DNA of 64,000 nucleotides from Zygnema circumcarinatum SAG 698-1b (lineage: Eukaryota > Plantae > Zygnematophyceae): contig CM074808.1 in assembly GCA_037447605.1 (NCBI GenBank), forward strand, positions 1,364,001-1,428,000, in the 5' to 3' direction. Below the pieces are notes generated by a model. That model ran no database searches. It was given only the letters and a program-made list of their open reading frames with translations, and was not told the DNA's origin. Position numbers and translations under genes: made by a program. Positions 23,649-46,411 of the stretch are shown piece by piece. The first letter of the stretch is position 1, and each line of letters starts with the position of its first letter.

Positions 23649-23720
<72 letters not shown>
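23649..23720 (+). repeat. (TC)n microsatellite, about 36 units
   Basis: Perfect dinucleotide run upstream of the HPAT gene. Confidence 0.98.
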
Positions 23721-23724
<4 letters not shown>

Positions 23725-24578
23725 TCTCCCTCCCTCCCTCCCTCCCCCCCTCATGGACGCACATTTGCGCCAGTCACGTACCCTCAGTCTCGAGGCAGCT
23801 CTCTCACTCCCTCTTTATCCCCCCCTCCCTCTCCCTCTCCCTCTCCCCCTCTCTCTCCCCCTTTTGCACACATGCGCACACAGTCAACCGTCAGGTACCA
23901 TCCCCACACCTTCTCTCTTGAGGCAACAACAGCAGGGCGGCCCGCCCGGCTTTGGCTAACGGGGGATGGACCCGCCCAACTCTGGTAACTCGCTCGTTCT
24001 CTAAAACGCATACTTCAAGGGATATCGTGCCACAGGGGTCTTCGAGAACAAACTATTGCCAATGTGAATAAAAAAAAGGTAGCCATTCATTCAAACTTGA
24101 GATCGCCCTCCAATTCATTGGCTGCCATTGGTCCAAGAACATTGCCTTGTGCGGCCATGCCATCCATGTTCTTGTTGGACCTCGCTCAGAACCTGGGTCA
24201 CTGCGCGTGGGCAAGAGTGACTGACTCGGTTGGTTGGCTAGGAACCATATCCTGGATAGCCAGTCAGCCCGTACGGCCGGCGTCCCCCGGCTAGTATCTG
24301 ACTAACTGCCAGCTGGCGGCAGTTCAGGACGTTTCCATGCGACCAAAAAGTCGCCGCCAGCGACTCGGAGCCACTGCAAAAGGTGGCGCGTTCCCGTTAG
24401 CAGTTCGAGCGTTTTCATTCACGGGACTGGCTATCATGGAACAGCATGACCAGTCGGGCGGTGCGGGAAGGCGCCAGCAGCAGCGCAGAGCTCGCTGACG
24501 CGGAGCCATGGCTGCGGGGGCCTGAGAGAGGGCGGATCTTCCGCAGCAGCGGCCTTGGCCTTGGGGGAGGAGGTGGCC

Positions 24579-33618
<9,040 letters not shown>

Positions 33619-34266
33619 CAAGGAAGGAATCTCGAGCTTCCTTGTGTAATTTGGGCTCCTAGCTAAGGGTTGCCGTGAGAGCATGGAGCGGGAAATGAAG
33701 TTGTGAAAGTTAAGAGTCGTTATTTGTTCTTTGATTGTAATGCTCTTTCATTAATCCTTTTTTTTTAATTTTCTGGTCAGGGCGTGGACTCCGCCCAGTT
33801 TCCTGGTGGCTTTGGTTTACGGCATGCGTGTTGATCGTGCAATGAAGTATTCTCGTTGTGTGGATTTTTACGCTTTTTGATTTTGTTGTAGCAACTCAAA
33901 GTGGAGCCTTCTTGTAATCCAGCAATATGAAGGTGTTAGTGCGATGGGAGAATAGGCTGCAATAAAACGAAGAAACAAAGCTGAATCCAAATTAGGAAAC
34001 TTAGCAAAATGTACAAAACAAGCACACGCACTAAAAATGAATGTGTCCGCCATCCAGCCTTTGTGATAAAAGCCCTGAAAGGTTTTGTGCGGCTTCTCAC
34101 CCCCTCAAGGGTCTGTTTGCAAAACATGGTGTAATAACAAGGTGGCAAATCGCGAGCTACTGGGCGGTCAGGAAATTTGCGTAACAATGAGAAAGGCTTT
34201 TCCAGAAGGTAAAGGGAAGGAGGATATCCTTAAGGTTACTGAGGCCAAGAAGATTTGTCCAGAAGT

Positions 34267-35457
34267 CTATTTTGGCGTTTGAGCTTCATTGCCATTCCTC
34301 TTATTTCCAAATCCCAAAGCAGCACCTTTGGAGCGGTCAGTATCTCGCTTTATACTCGGCCTTTCTGTTCCTACATCACTCTGCAGTGCCTCCAAAACGT
34401 CATCCTCTTCCTTGCTGTTTATAATACCTCGAAAGATAAGAAAAGGAGCCAAATAATTACTCACCCAAAACGCAAACAGAAGACCAAAACTGCACAGAAA
34501 CTTGCAAGAATCTGTCAGTTCCGCAGAAACTCCTCAACATTAGAAGCAAAGAATAGTTCGGGAGTGGTAAGCAGCAAAGGTATGCAATGCTCAGCAAGTC
34601 GGCCCCCGACAATGGACCTCGTTAAAACAATACTAGTCGGTAGATCCTCACTTGTAAATACAGATCACCCTAAATCCAGTAGAGTACCCCCTTAGATGCA
34701 AGTGCATTTCCAGCGCTGCTCTGGACACAAAACCTAAGCGTTCCAGTGCTCGGGACTGGAAATATAACAGACTCCTGCTCCAAGAACTTGCCTGCTGCAT
34801 AGAAAAAGTCTATCCAGGTCGTAATTCCACAAACAGGCAGACGAGATTGTGTGTGTGTTTTAATTGTGAAAAAAAAAACAATTTTTCTTTAGTGATGCGA
34901 TTTATGTAGCTTATATTGACCATATGGCTGACAAGGGATGATGGATGGTAATGTTTCTTGAAGACCTAGATGTCTATAACCCAAATTGCGAGCAATACAA
35001 ACTCCGCAGTGGAACCCAAAGTAACGCAACGGAACAAACAAGGAGAAGTGTGGCAAGTCATCATCAAGAAAACCAGCTACCTGATGAAAAGAAGGTCTGT
35101 TGACCCACTGCTGTCTACAGCACTGTCTGTACCAGCATTGTCAGGAAAACTTTCCGCTGCAGCAAGAGCTGCTTCGCTGCTGAAAAGGAATCCGAACGAA
35201 GGACCGAACGCCAAGCCTTTTGCACAAAATTTCTTGGAGCGTATTCTCTGACTTGATTCCTTAACGAGCGACTGAGCGCTAGCAAGTCCTTGATATCGTA
35301 ACAGTTCAGACGAAAGGTGAGAGGAGCAGGCTTCCCAGCGGGCCACAGAAGCGCATGTCCTTGCATGAAATGTATCCTCCGCTATAGAATCGCAGGAGAG
35401 AGAGAGGCGGCATGTCCAGCCCGCCGAGGCCATGGCAGCCCGCAAGCCATGGGCCAT
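34267..35457 (-). CDS. Small protein with a probable plastid transit peptide and one TM helix, function unknown
   Basis: Exons 35457-35081 and 34489-34267 join in phase 2: ...AALAAAESFPD...TDLLFIS|FGLLFAFWVSNYLAPFLIFRGIINSKEEDD...LGFGNKR...; the start may be 35457 or 35433. Confidence 0.7.
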
Positions 35458-37589
35458 GGCTCCGGATTTGCCGACTGACCACGGGACACTGAAGTTTCAG
35501 CTCTCAAGTCTCAACCGGGGCATGGACGCAGAGCGAGTTTGGTCCGGAAAACCGCAGTTTTGCAATTTTCCATTTCGGCGCCTTAAAAATCTCAAACTAC
35601 GATTGCAATGCAGCCTGCTCGACCAGTCATGAATCGGCGAAGGACAGAAATTTTGAAAGGCTTCAAGTACCGAATTACGGAAGAGAGTAAAAGAGGTGGT
35701 ACAGAGAGTATGCAACAATGGAGCCTTTGGAAGTCAGGAAAGGGGAGGAAGCAGGTCAGGAGGGAATGGAGAGGAGAAGCAGACGGAGTTCTGGAACCAT
35801 GGATTGGTAGTAGAGGGTGAATGTGTAGGATGCTGAAATGCATTTCGTCGTGGAGCAAAAGGCAGGCCGAAATCCTTGGACTTAACTTCTTTATCTCCCT
35901 CCGACTTTCAATCCTTGAATGCTTGTGGAGAATAGGTGCACCCCTCCCCCCTTTCCAACCGCCCGCCCTTCTCACTCCCACCCCTCGCAGCGACAGGATA
36001 GAGAGGAGTTTCTATACATGAACCCTTTGAATTGAATGGAAAGCAAGTGGTTAGACCCTAAAAACCTTGACTTCTTGCCCACCTCCTCCAACCTTGAACC
36101 TTGGAGGAGGAGCAGTGCAGCAATATCTCAGCCTCAACCCTTCTGTGGTAAGCACCCCTCCCTCCCCCTCCAACCCAAAAGGCCTGAGTGGTCTCAATCT
36201 TTTAGGCTGAATTGTAGTAATCATTGAAATAAAATAATGAAATTGCATTTTTTGGGATTTACAAAAAGATTAAAAAACGGAGAGACGAGAGTGACGAGAG
36301 AGACGGGAGAGCCATGATCGTGCTGAATGTAATGGCTGTCAATGCGTCCATTGCTTGTGAAGCATCAACTGTATGAACGTGTCTGCTTATCGGCAGGGTC
36401 AAAATGGTTTGGGTGTGACTTTACATGTCTAAATATCATCAGACGAGCACGTCAAACCCTCGTGCCTTGTCCAACTACTCAAGGCTCCATCTCCGCATAT
36501 GCTAACGGTGCAGGTGCTAATACCATCAGCCAGAGACCCAATCCACTGCGCTTTCTCATCTTTGTCATGGTAATATCGTCAAATCCGCAAGCATGTTTTG
36601 GTGTTTATAATTGTAATCACATATTGTTGAATCATTTTGGACAAATGAAGACAGACCTGGATAGTTAAACCTTGAAATATTGGGGACAGCTTTAACTGGC
36701 CCTAAGGAAAGTCAGACAAATATTAGGAAGTCTCAATCTTAGCAATCACGTCACGGAAATGAGGTCATAGCAGTATTATTTAGCCACAAGGCTTGTGTGC
36801 AAAAATGTACACGTTTCAACCTGCACAATTTTTCCAAATTATTTCTAATATTAAGAACTCCCTTGTTACAATGACAGTTGGCTTTCAGCATCGGTTGTAT
36901 TGACACACAAATGGCTATTGAACATTTCCTTCTCTTTATGATCTTCAAACACTGTTTATTTCATGGCCTGCAATCGGCGTACAGATATAAGGCTGTGTGC
37001 ATACATCTGTACTGTCTGCGGTCTACAGATATATGATGAAAATCTCATATGTATATTGTGAATATGCACAAGCCCACACACTTACAACGCGTACGTAAAC
37101 ATGCTCTTTAAATTCTCTGAACTCCATGCATCCTGCCAAAACATGCTCGAGGTCTTATGAAATCGTTGAAGTCGTTGTGGTTGTGTTTACTTCCCTCGTA
37201 CTTGGTCCCCTTTCAAGAGATGTCTAAGCTGAAGTGATGCCTGATGTCAAATGAATGGCAAACACAAAGGAAAGAGTGACGTGAGCTCTGAGTGAGGCCT
37301 CAAACGCGTATTAGGGTTAGAAAAAACAAAGAACGTACAGTACATATGGAGCCACAGTGACATGCATGGCCAAGCTTGTATCACATCTCAACATGGGAAC
37401 TCCTCAAAGTAGCCAAGTTCAGATGCCCCTCCTCCATACTGCAAACAAACAAATGTGGTCCAATGACCTTTCCAACCCACATCTGCAACTATTTTCCAGG
37501 AGCGACAAGGGCCCCAGGATTTACATGTCTCAATTACTCCGTAAAGGTCCAGATTCGGCTGTGTAAGAAGATATTACCTTCTTCCATTT

Positions 37590-40140
37590 TCAATATACGA
37601 AGGTCGGCACACTGAGAGGGAACTGCGCCACTTCAACAAGGAAATCGTCCCCAGTCGGCGCTTCAATTCTGAACCACATCATGGAGTAAGCAAGCACGAA
37701 TCAGAGCATGAGCATCAGGCTCTCCTCGTAAGGATTCTCTTCAAGCTCCGAGGTAGGCAAAGCATAGTGGCTGTCAGGATTCAACTCAATCACACCGATA
37801 CGGAAATTTTCCAAATCCAGGTGAATCATCCTGTCTCTAGGAGCAATGAAGAAAGTTGCAATAAGCCTTCAAGATTACTTCGCGAAAATTAGAGAATAAA
37901 CCAACATCACGTGTAAAGATGGGAGAAGAAGCCTACCTTCCTGGAACAAAAAGGAAATTTCCCTCAACCGACCCCATGAGGCTGCTCTGGCCTGTGCAGC
38001 TTTGGTACACAAATTCTTCAGGATCGCCTTCCTTCAGCAATGGATACTGCACGATAAAAGCTTTGGAGCTCCATTTTTTAAACAGAAAAGGCAAAAAGGC
38101 ATCTTCAATACATCAACTGCTCCCCTATACAGCAATCCTCGAAAACCTACGATGTTCACATTCGGCCCAAATAAACTGCATTTCTCTGAAACATTTGGAC
38201 GTCAATAAAGCATTCCCCTACAATGGAAATAGCTTCTGACAGGAAATGACTTCAGGCTGGGATGTCACATGATGCCTCCTCACACCTCAAGCACGGAATG
38301 TCAAACTGCAGAAAGGAGTAACGGAGAAAAAAGTGCCAGAAAGAGGAGAGGAGAAAACATACTAAGCCAATCACTGCTTCCCCCTCTACATCGTTGACCA
38401 CTTCTCCCATGTCTTTTATGACCCAATGGCGTCGCCGCAACTGGACTGTCTTGTCACGTGGTTGACCATTGTCGCCCGTCCATGGAAGCAGCCGCATGCG
38501 TACTGAATATGAAAAGAAATGCTTATCTGCCATTGACGTTAGGATACACGCTTCTGGAACGAAAAGGGCAGAGCAGCGCACCTGCAAGGTGATTAGAAAC
38601 AAAAATGTGCATCAAATGGCCTTCAAGCCCCACTGGGTAAAGCAAGCAGCATCTAAGATGTTATACAAAAAAATAAAAGAAAAATATAGATGCTGTGTGT
38701 CGGCAAAAGTCTATGTCAATGCTAAAGAAGGAAATTTCACTTTGAGAAAAGAAAAAAACACTACTGCAGATGTATCCTACTCGAGATGTTTCACCACGGA
38801 GGCCTCAGCGCAAACCTGCACTCGTCGGGTGACAGCTGTGGTGCATAACGGAGGCAGCTCCGGATACAGGCAAATGCCTCGGCTGTCCTCATCAGGGTTG
38901 ATGTTTCGCACACCATATAGCCCACTTTCCAGGCGGTTGGCATATTCTTCCAGCCAACGCAATAGACCGTCCTCCTTTGAAACTCCTCTCTCGCTTGAGG
39001 AAGCACCAATCTCAGCCTCTTCATCGCCTGACGCCGGTAAGCAAGGAATCATCTCCTTAGCCAGTCCAAAGTGCCTTGTACCAATGTAAATCAAGCCATC
39101 GTTGCAATCGAGAAACACAAGCTTAAGGAAATTGAAAGATGTCGCAATGAGAATCCTTTGATAGCCAAGGGGAATGTCCAACTGCTGATTAAGACGTTTA
39201 GAACACATCAAAATCCTTTCGAGAGGCAGCAGACGAGTGCTGACAGTATGATCGTAGAAACTGTAACCACCCAAAAGTCCATGGAAGGCTGAAGGCTGTG
39301 AGACCATCCCCCCAACATGCCAGAAATTCTCATCATAGGCCAATCTCTGCCCATCGTGCAAACGATAAAGCATTCGCATAGCTGCTGGAAACCTCACTCC
39401 AAGTTCTTGCTCCACTTCATCCAGCTGTGCCTCTGTGGTACCTGGCCCCAATGACTCAGCAACCTGTGGTATGTGCTGACTTGACCAAGATTCCAACTTC
39501 AACCAGCAGCACTTTGCCCTCTTATATAGAATACCATATCTGGAGAACTCTGCATGAAAAGCTTGATACATGGCCTGCAGCCCAACCGGAGAAAAATGGG
39601 ATATATTCTAAGCCTTGATAACTTAGTGCATCAGCCAATCAGGAAACTACAAGCGCACATAAGATATCTTAGCGATTTTGACAACAGCAAGATGAGTAGA
39701 AAACGAATTTTTCAATTTACGAAGGATGAGCTTATGCTATTCTATTAAATCCAAACGAACAATCCCCAGGACAATCCTTTGAACCGAAGGTCAATACTGA
39801 TCAAATAAATGAAACGTGTGGAACTAACTCGTCTGAGGACTACATGATGGCATCGCAGTCGGAAAGCTAGGCATGACCCTAGATTTCGTGTGGATGGGGC
39901 TGTATAGACTTAAACTTGCGAACGTACCTTATAATCAACACAAGGTCTGCCATCTGGAGTACGTGGGGGACAGTCAGTCAGCCAGTCCTGCCGGCACAAG
40001 GCCTGCCACAGCCAATCTTCACTCGCCAACTGACGCCAAGCACGTTGTACGCAAGCGCAAGCGGCGTAATCAGCGGCGCTTAGAAACGAAAATACATGTA
40101 GAAGCACAGGCCCTGGCAGGGAGCTGATATCCAGGGCCAT
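37590..40140 (-). CDS. SKIP16: F-box protein SKIP16 (F-box + SMI1/KNR4-like + ApaG domain)
   Basis: Exon 1 40140-39928 F-box (LPGPVLLHVFSFL); exon 2 39574-38816 LGPGTTEAQLDEVEQELGVRFPAAMRMLYRLHDGQ; ApaG VQLRRRHWVI, VEGEAVIGLYPLL, FVYQSCT, VEGNFLFVPG; stop at 37590-37592. Confidence 0.93.
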
Positions 40141-40914
40141 TGTCCAAGATAGCTCCTGTTATAGTATCAACAAGCCGCGCTAAATCCGTTATAACAATCT
40201 ACCTATCCTTTCAAAGCTTTGACCAAGCTTGATCAGACACGCATATTTACAAAAAGGTCCAGAGAAAGGTTTGCCGTTTTCTAAGAATGACACTAAATCA
40301 CTGAGTGAGACAATAGGCCTTCATTTGTAGGCTATGAGGGCCTGGAGGTCATCAATCGCCTTCGTTTGTGCAAGGGCCTTTGGTTAGCTAGTTTTGAAGG
40401 CCATACAGAAGACTGGCATCTTCATCATAATCATCATCTCATCAATGATCTAACGACGGCGACACCATCTACAAATCAAAAAAGAAAATGAAATGATGTT
40501 TTTTCCAAATGAAAATTCATTATTTAGAATTTTCAGACCATATAAAAATCTACAAAAACATGGCCATGGTGACCGTCAAGAGCAAAAAATCACAGAACAA
40601 ACTGATTACGCCACAAGAAATCTGAACGATTTAGAGCAGAAACATAAACAATTTTAATAAGAAAAGACAAAATATGCCTACGATCCTTGATTAGCTAAGG
40701 CTACAAGGAAAGTCTCAAAAGATCACTCTTCCCATGGAGCATCATCAAGAACAAGAGAAATCCGTAAATTGCCATGTTTCGAGACATACATACGCCTCGC
40801 GACGCTCCCCCTCGCTCTGCTGCTGCTGGTGCTCTGTGATCTCTCGTTGCAGCCAGCCGCGCTACAAATAGGGCGGACGGGACCTTGGCATTTGGCAAGC
40901 AGTCAAATAACTTT

Positions 40915-41345
40915 CCGTACGGTTCGGTATTTGACTTTCCCTGCAGCCACAAACCCGGTTTCTGCGAACAAACTGGCCGGCCGCCTCGGTTTCTGGCAAA
41001 GGCCGCGGGATGGGAGGGGAGGGGAGGGGAGGGGAGGGAGGGGAGGGAGGGGAGGGGGCACTGCGCGGAGCTTCTCACATGGAGCTGCACCTTCTAACTG
41101 TAGGGCCAACACGTAACACGGCTAGAAACTGCATGGAAGCGCTAGCATCTGAAAACAGAAACAAGAAGAAGAAGAAGTTCAGAAGTTCAGTGAAACTGCA
41201 TGCATTTGGCCGTACGGTAGTCCCTGTACGGTCGTCTACCCGCCCCGCACGGATTTTCGCAGAATACAATGCAACTCGCTACGACAGAACGGGGCGGGAA
41301 TTTGTTGACGTAGCCTTCGGAATCGTCTCAGAAACAGTACTGTAC
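40915..41345. promoter_or_regulatory. Divergent promoter region between SKIP16 and RUG3, with CCGTACGG palindromes and a GGGAG tract
   Basis: Head-to-head genes; CCGTACGG near 40915 and 41209, GTACGG near 41227; (GGGGA)n at 41010-41058. Confidence 0.45.
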
Positions 41346-41486
41346 CGTTCCTTTGGATAAATAGTGCGTAGGAGTCATTTCACAGGAATGATGTACTTCT
41401 TCTGATCAGTGTCTTCCACGGCACCATGCCATCTCCATGTCCTCTCTCTCCTCCTGCAGCACGCGGAGCTCTCCAAGAGGGGGCGC

Positions 41487-43329
41487 ATGCTTCCCCTGCG
41501 CCAGCCATGGCGGAAGCTGGTCTATGGGGCGGCGGCCTCTGCAGGGCGCTGGCCGTCGCGCTCGCTTTCCCTGTCGCGGGAGCTTCAATCAGGACAACAA
41601 GCCACCCGTGTCCTCAGCTTCGGGGACGGCTCTCATGGAGCTCTCGGTCATGGCTGCCCCCCTTTCACGGACGCCTACGAGCCAGAAGAAGTGGAAGGCC
41701 TTCCAAATAACATTACATCCCTGGGTGCAGGCCACTATCACTCTCTTGCAGTGACTTTCGATGGCCAAGTTTGGTCGTGGGGACGAAATGCAGAGGGACA
41801 ACTCGGCCCGAGAGAGTCTCTCCAAGCTGAAGCGGAGGCATCCTGGGGACTGCCAAAGCCTGTTAAAGGCTTGGAAGGGTTCCGGGCGGTTTCTGCCACT
41901 GGTTCAGGAGTTGTAAGCGCCGTTATCGATGAAAATGGCTCGCTTAAGGTTTGGGGGTCTTCCAAGCGCGGGCAGCTGGGCATGGGCCCGGGGATGGTGA
42001 GGGTGAGCACGCCATATAGAGTGGGAGGTTTGCTTCTCAAGAAGCGTGTAAAGCAGGTTGGTTTGTGAGCCTTCTCTTGCTGTATGGCGAATGGAAAGAG
42101 GTGGGAGAAGTAGCTTTGAAGAGAGTCAAACTCCATCATCATCGGTAAAGCCGTTATGCTGAGATTCCATGGGTTGGCTCTCAGGTGGCACTTGGATGGG
42201 GCCATGCTGTGGCCTGCACGGCTGATGGAGAAGTGTATTCGTGGGGATATGCTGAACATGGAAGGCTCGGCTATGAGGTCCAGAGGCAGATAAACATCAC
42301 AGGCGCAGTGGAAACAGATGGAAAAGAGGATACTTCGTCAAGTTCAGCTGACAGAGTGGCTGAGGCAGAAGAGTTTGTCACCAGGATGATGGAAGAAGAA
42401 AAGCATGCTCCGCTCGTTTGGATTCCTCAGAAGATGGAAACTCTCGCTGAAAAGCGGGTTCTTCGTGTGGCGTGTGGAATGGATCACACGATTCTCCTCA
42501 CAGGTGTGAAACTGAATGAATAAACAAGTATTTTCAGACGAGGCATAATGTCGGGGAACCGAAATGTGCTTTTTGACCTTCTTTGAGAACATCGGTCTGA
42601 GGCCTTCATCCTCAGATGGCCTTTGCATAGAAATTGTCTTGGGATATAAAGTCGGGTGCCGCTTGATGAAAGCAATACTGCCTCCAAATTCAGCTGCAGC
42701 CTATTCATCTCCTCTGCCAGGTCTATCAGAATAGTATGTTACAAAATCCCAAGAACTTCAGGTCTTGGGCTGTTGCCGGTACTTCAACTTCTGATGAAGA
42801 CTGCTCCTCCACACAATGCTGGCGTCCTTTCTCATCCTTGGTGGCGAAGTTGGATGCAGATATGGGAGAGGTTTACGTCTGTGGGGATACGCCTCTCGCG
42901 TCAGCGGATTTACGTAGCACACAGGTGCCTGAAGTTTCATCGTTTGGCGCTTTGGCGCTTCCATCTCGGTTGCCCATAAGGGAAATTGCCGCGGGAGTGG
43001 GCAGCTCCTTCGTCGTTCAGGAGGAGGGTTGCGTGCTGACTTGGGGCTTCCCTAGTCTTCCTGGTCTGGGCATGGATCAGATTCTACCAAAAGCATTTTT
43101 GATGGATGCGGGGGAAATAGTGAAAGTAGTGGCAGGCCGCGTTCATGCTTGTGCATTAACTGCAAAGGGAGAGTTGTTTACATGGGGAAGTGGTAGGAAT
43201 GGACGTTTGGGGCTAAGTAGCAGCAGGAGTGAAGAAGAGCCGCAGGTGGTGGAGGCTCTTCTTGGGGAGCGCGTGCTGGATGTTACGTGTGGGCTCGACC
43301 ATACACTCGTGCTTGTAGAGAATTCGTAG
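41487..43329 (+). CDS. RUG3: RCC1/UVR8-like beta-propeller protein, RUG3 orthologue (probably mitochondrial)
   Basis: Exons 41487-42056, 42185-42503, 42860-43329; LSFGDGSHGALG, AGHYHSLAV, WGRNAEGQLG, SGVVSAVI, SKRGQLG, LGWGHA, AGRVHA, GRNGRLGL, CGLDHTLVLVE follow the recalled Arabidopsis RUG3 order; Arg/Ser-rich N-terminus. Confidence 0.88.
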
Positions 43330-44108
43330 TAGATTGCTCACCGCTATAAACTCTCGCATTGTAAGATAGTCAAAGTGAATTGTCCATAGAATGCATCGTG
43401 GGCAATGTTCAGAAGGCACCGGGGGAGCATTACCATGCTCTCAGTTCAAGACCAACCCTGTCAATTCGTACGGAATTTTACTTAACATAGAGCAAGGGAG
43501 TCCGCATTCAGTTACTCGAATGCTGGCATACAGGTCCATACAAGGTCACCCAGCTTGCATGGACTTGGGAGGCGGAGAGAGGAATCGCAAAGTGACTTTG
43601 TTAACGGCCGCTTGTACCGTCGTGGTATAACCTTTTGTACTGAAATTTCGACGCGGTCTTGCGCTTCATTAAGGTAGTTAATGCGCACAGCTACCAGGGT
43701 GGTCCGACGTACCTTCCCGTTATGAAATCCGAATTCGTTTGCTCCTGATTTCGACCCTGGACATTGTCAATCCGTAGTAATCCATAGCAAGCAGATTCGG
43801 ATTTCATAACGGAAAGCCAGGTCTTGTCAGCCTTGGAAAAGTTTGAACGGGTTTGCTCGAGGGGTTGCTTCGAAAGTGTTCTCCATCCCAAATCCATGGA
43901 GCAGGATTCGAATCATCAAACTTCCCCTTCCCTTCTCAATACTGACAAAAACCCTCGAGGACGAGTCAACCTTTGAACGTTTTAGTGGCTTTGAGACCTC
44001 TTTTGAAAACAGTACTGATTTTCACACTTCTTACTTATATCTCACACTAAACAGTTCGTACAAGCGAAACCTTAAATTGCTGTTTTCGAAATAAGGAGGA
44101 AAGAAGTG

Positions 44109-44175
44109 GCATTGAGCTCACGATGGGGAAACCACGAAAAACTGGTCGCAAAGAACCTAAGCACAAAAGAAAAAA
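44109..44175 (+). repeat. Dispersed repeat, copy C (inverted relative to A and B, internally deleted)
   Basis: GCATTGAGCTCACGATGG...AACCACGA...TGGTCGCAAAGAACCTAAGCACAAAAGAAAAAA is the reverse complement of the copy A ends. Confidence 0.75.
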
Positions 44176-44597
44176 GTCTCGATTTGAAATGTCAAAGCCA
44201 CAGCACAGAGTGCCGGGAAAAATGGCTCAACGCCCACAGGAAAACAATTTTACAGGCCCCAAATTTGGGGGAGGCGGTCCAGGCCTGAAAATTGTTCGCA
44301 ACAAACTGCCGGCGGGCGGCCCTTAGCGCGGGCCCCCGCGCATTTCCAAAGCGGCGCCCTCCTGCATTTCCGCCTCCGCCCGCCCGCCGGCCCGGGCGGA
44401 CCCGCTTCGGCAGCCATGGCCTCGTGTTGCCCGCCGCCTCCTCGTAGAAAGGGGGGACTGGGAGATGGGGGGGGAGAGGGATGGGGGAGAGGAGGGGAGG
44501 GAAAGAAGGGAAGGGGGAAGGGAGAACGGGGGAGAAGGAGTGGGAGGACAGGAGAACTTGGGGAGAGGAGTGAGTCGTCGGAGACTGGCTGGTTACG

Positions 44598-46411
44598 ATG
44601 GCAGCGAATGTTTCTCTGGAGAACTTACGGCCTCTTGCAGTTAATCCACGTCCAGATCCGCTGAATGGATTGAGGAGCTATGAAGGGGGACTGGACGTGG
44701 ACAACCGGCACTATTGGGCGGCGTTAGGGTTTTCGGCTGTGGCGGCCTATGTAATTATCACTCTTTGGGTATTACTAGGGCTCAGTATTGTGGCATTGGT
44801 TGCAATTCGAGCTTTTTTTGGACGGAGAGTAAGGAACAAGCACCCTGCGCTTTCTGGTTTAGATTTTTCTGAAAGCAAGGAGCATGGTTGCTTTTGGGCG
44901 GAGGGACTCTGTCATAACGCATTGCAGAGATGGTTGCTAATTGTACATATTTTGAGCATAATTGTTCTCGCTGTTATTGCCATAATATCAACAGATACTG
45001 CCGCAAGGAGGGCTGGCAACGCGGTTTCCGTGGGGCTTGATGCTGCCAATAGCGCTATAGTAGATGCTACAAATGTTTCTTTATCGCTCCAAGAGGCAGC
45101 CCAAGAACTCAATGGAACTTCCTTCGCCTCTGCTAAAACTTTGAGTGATCTTACAAATACCGCCGCGGAGATAGACAGTGGCAAAGGACGCGTAGCATCC
45201 ATTGTGGAAAAAACGAAACCTTTGGTGTCGCGGGCTCTTCATGCTGCTCAAGGAGTTACAATGGGAGTAGCAGCCTTGCTGCTAGCAGTTGGCTTATTCT
45301 CTCTGCTTGCACCTCTAAGGATCCTTCAAGTTCCTGCGTGGTTCCTTACTCTCCTTGCTCTCATGCTGGCTGCAGCATACATAGTAGCAGCAAATGTAGC
45401 TATTGATGGCTGCGAAGGCATGGAAGAGTATGCTCGGAGCCCTGGAAATACAACGTGGGATGATGGACTGCCGTGTGACGATTTGAATGCAACCAGGCCT
45501 GAGCTTGAACAGGCGCGTACTACTGCAAATGAGCTTGTGGAGGAAGCCAATACATATGTCAATCAAATCAACAATGCTGGATATGAACCAGCGATAAGCC
45601 TCATATGTGAACCGTTGCCAGCCAATACCTCCGCTGACAAAAATCAGACCCGTGGTGGAGAATCCTGCATCAGCATCAGTGCCTTCATTGCAGAATATGA
45701 TAAGGTGCTCTATTTTTTTCTGTCATTCCTGTTCGTTTCCAGAAGATAACTTGGAATAACGGGCTCGTGAAGCACGTTTGTTGTCCTATCAGAAATGGCA
45801 TCAACCATGCGTGTCTGCAGTGGCCAATCAGCAGCTGCATGCAGGTCTGATCCAGGCACGTCCAAGCCTTCACGAAGTGACGTCTTCCTTAACATAAAGC
45901 AGTCCCAGCTTTGATAAGCAAAGGAGCTATAATAAATTATATGGTCCAAAGCATCTCCTCATTCAGGTGTGCATTTCATGCGACTGATGATCTTAGTAAA
46001 GACTAACTGTGATCGATACACGTCTTTGTCCTGCAGACCATCCTCAGCACCATGGCAGAAGGCAGGGACCTCCTGCGAGCTTTGCGAGCCGTTCAAAAAT
46101 TGGTGGCTGTCTATCCAGTCGCAGAAAGCTTTGTCAACTGCACCTTCCTTACTGACACGTTCTTGCATCTATCTTCCCAGAATTGCCCACCAATGAAGTC
46201 TGTGCTCCGGACTTTATGGCTTTTATTTTCCTTGGCTGCGATTCCCCTTGGAGGCGGATTTCTCCTCCTATTCCTGCGTGAAACTCTGGATCTACTGAAG
46301 AAACATTTTCAGAGGGTTCTTCCAGTCACAGAGGATCCACAACAGCCGAATTCATCTGGTGCAATTCATTTGGTAGCACAGAATTCTGTTAGCCCTCGAA
46401 CTGCATCCTGA
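44598..46411 (+). CDS. Plant tweety-like multi-pass membrane protein (At2g12400/At1g71110-type family)
   Basis: Exons 44598-45704 and 46037-46411 in phase 0; DPLNGLRSYEGGLDVDNRHYWAALGFS, several TM helices, WDDGLPC, NCTFLTDTF..L.SQNCPPM. Confidence 0.85.

Noticed and set aside
23569-23988. SLSLSL and ERERER ORFs here and at 30560-30754
   Set aside because: Translations of (TC)n and (GA)n microsatellites
37660-37840. Strong-looking alternative acceptor in the last SKIP16 intron with an open frame
   Set aside because: It would replace the conserved C-terminus with unrelated sequence, and there is no transcript evidence
38469-39089. 206-aa plus-strand ORF
   Set aside because: Antisense shadow of SKIP16 exons
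44416-44664. Upstream ORF MASCCPPPP overlapping the tweety-like start
   Set aside because: Mostly a translation of a G/A-rich tract; may be 5' UTR or intron, unsupported as coding
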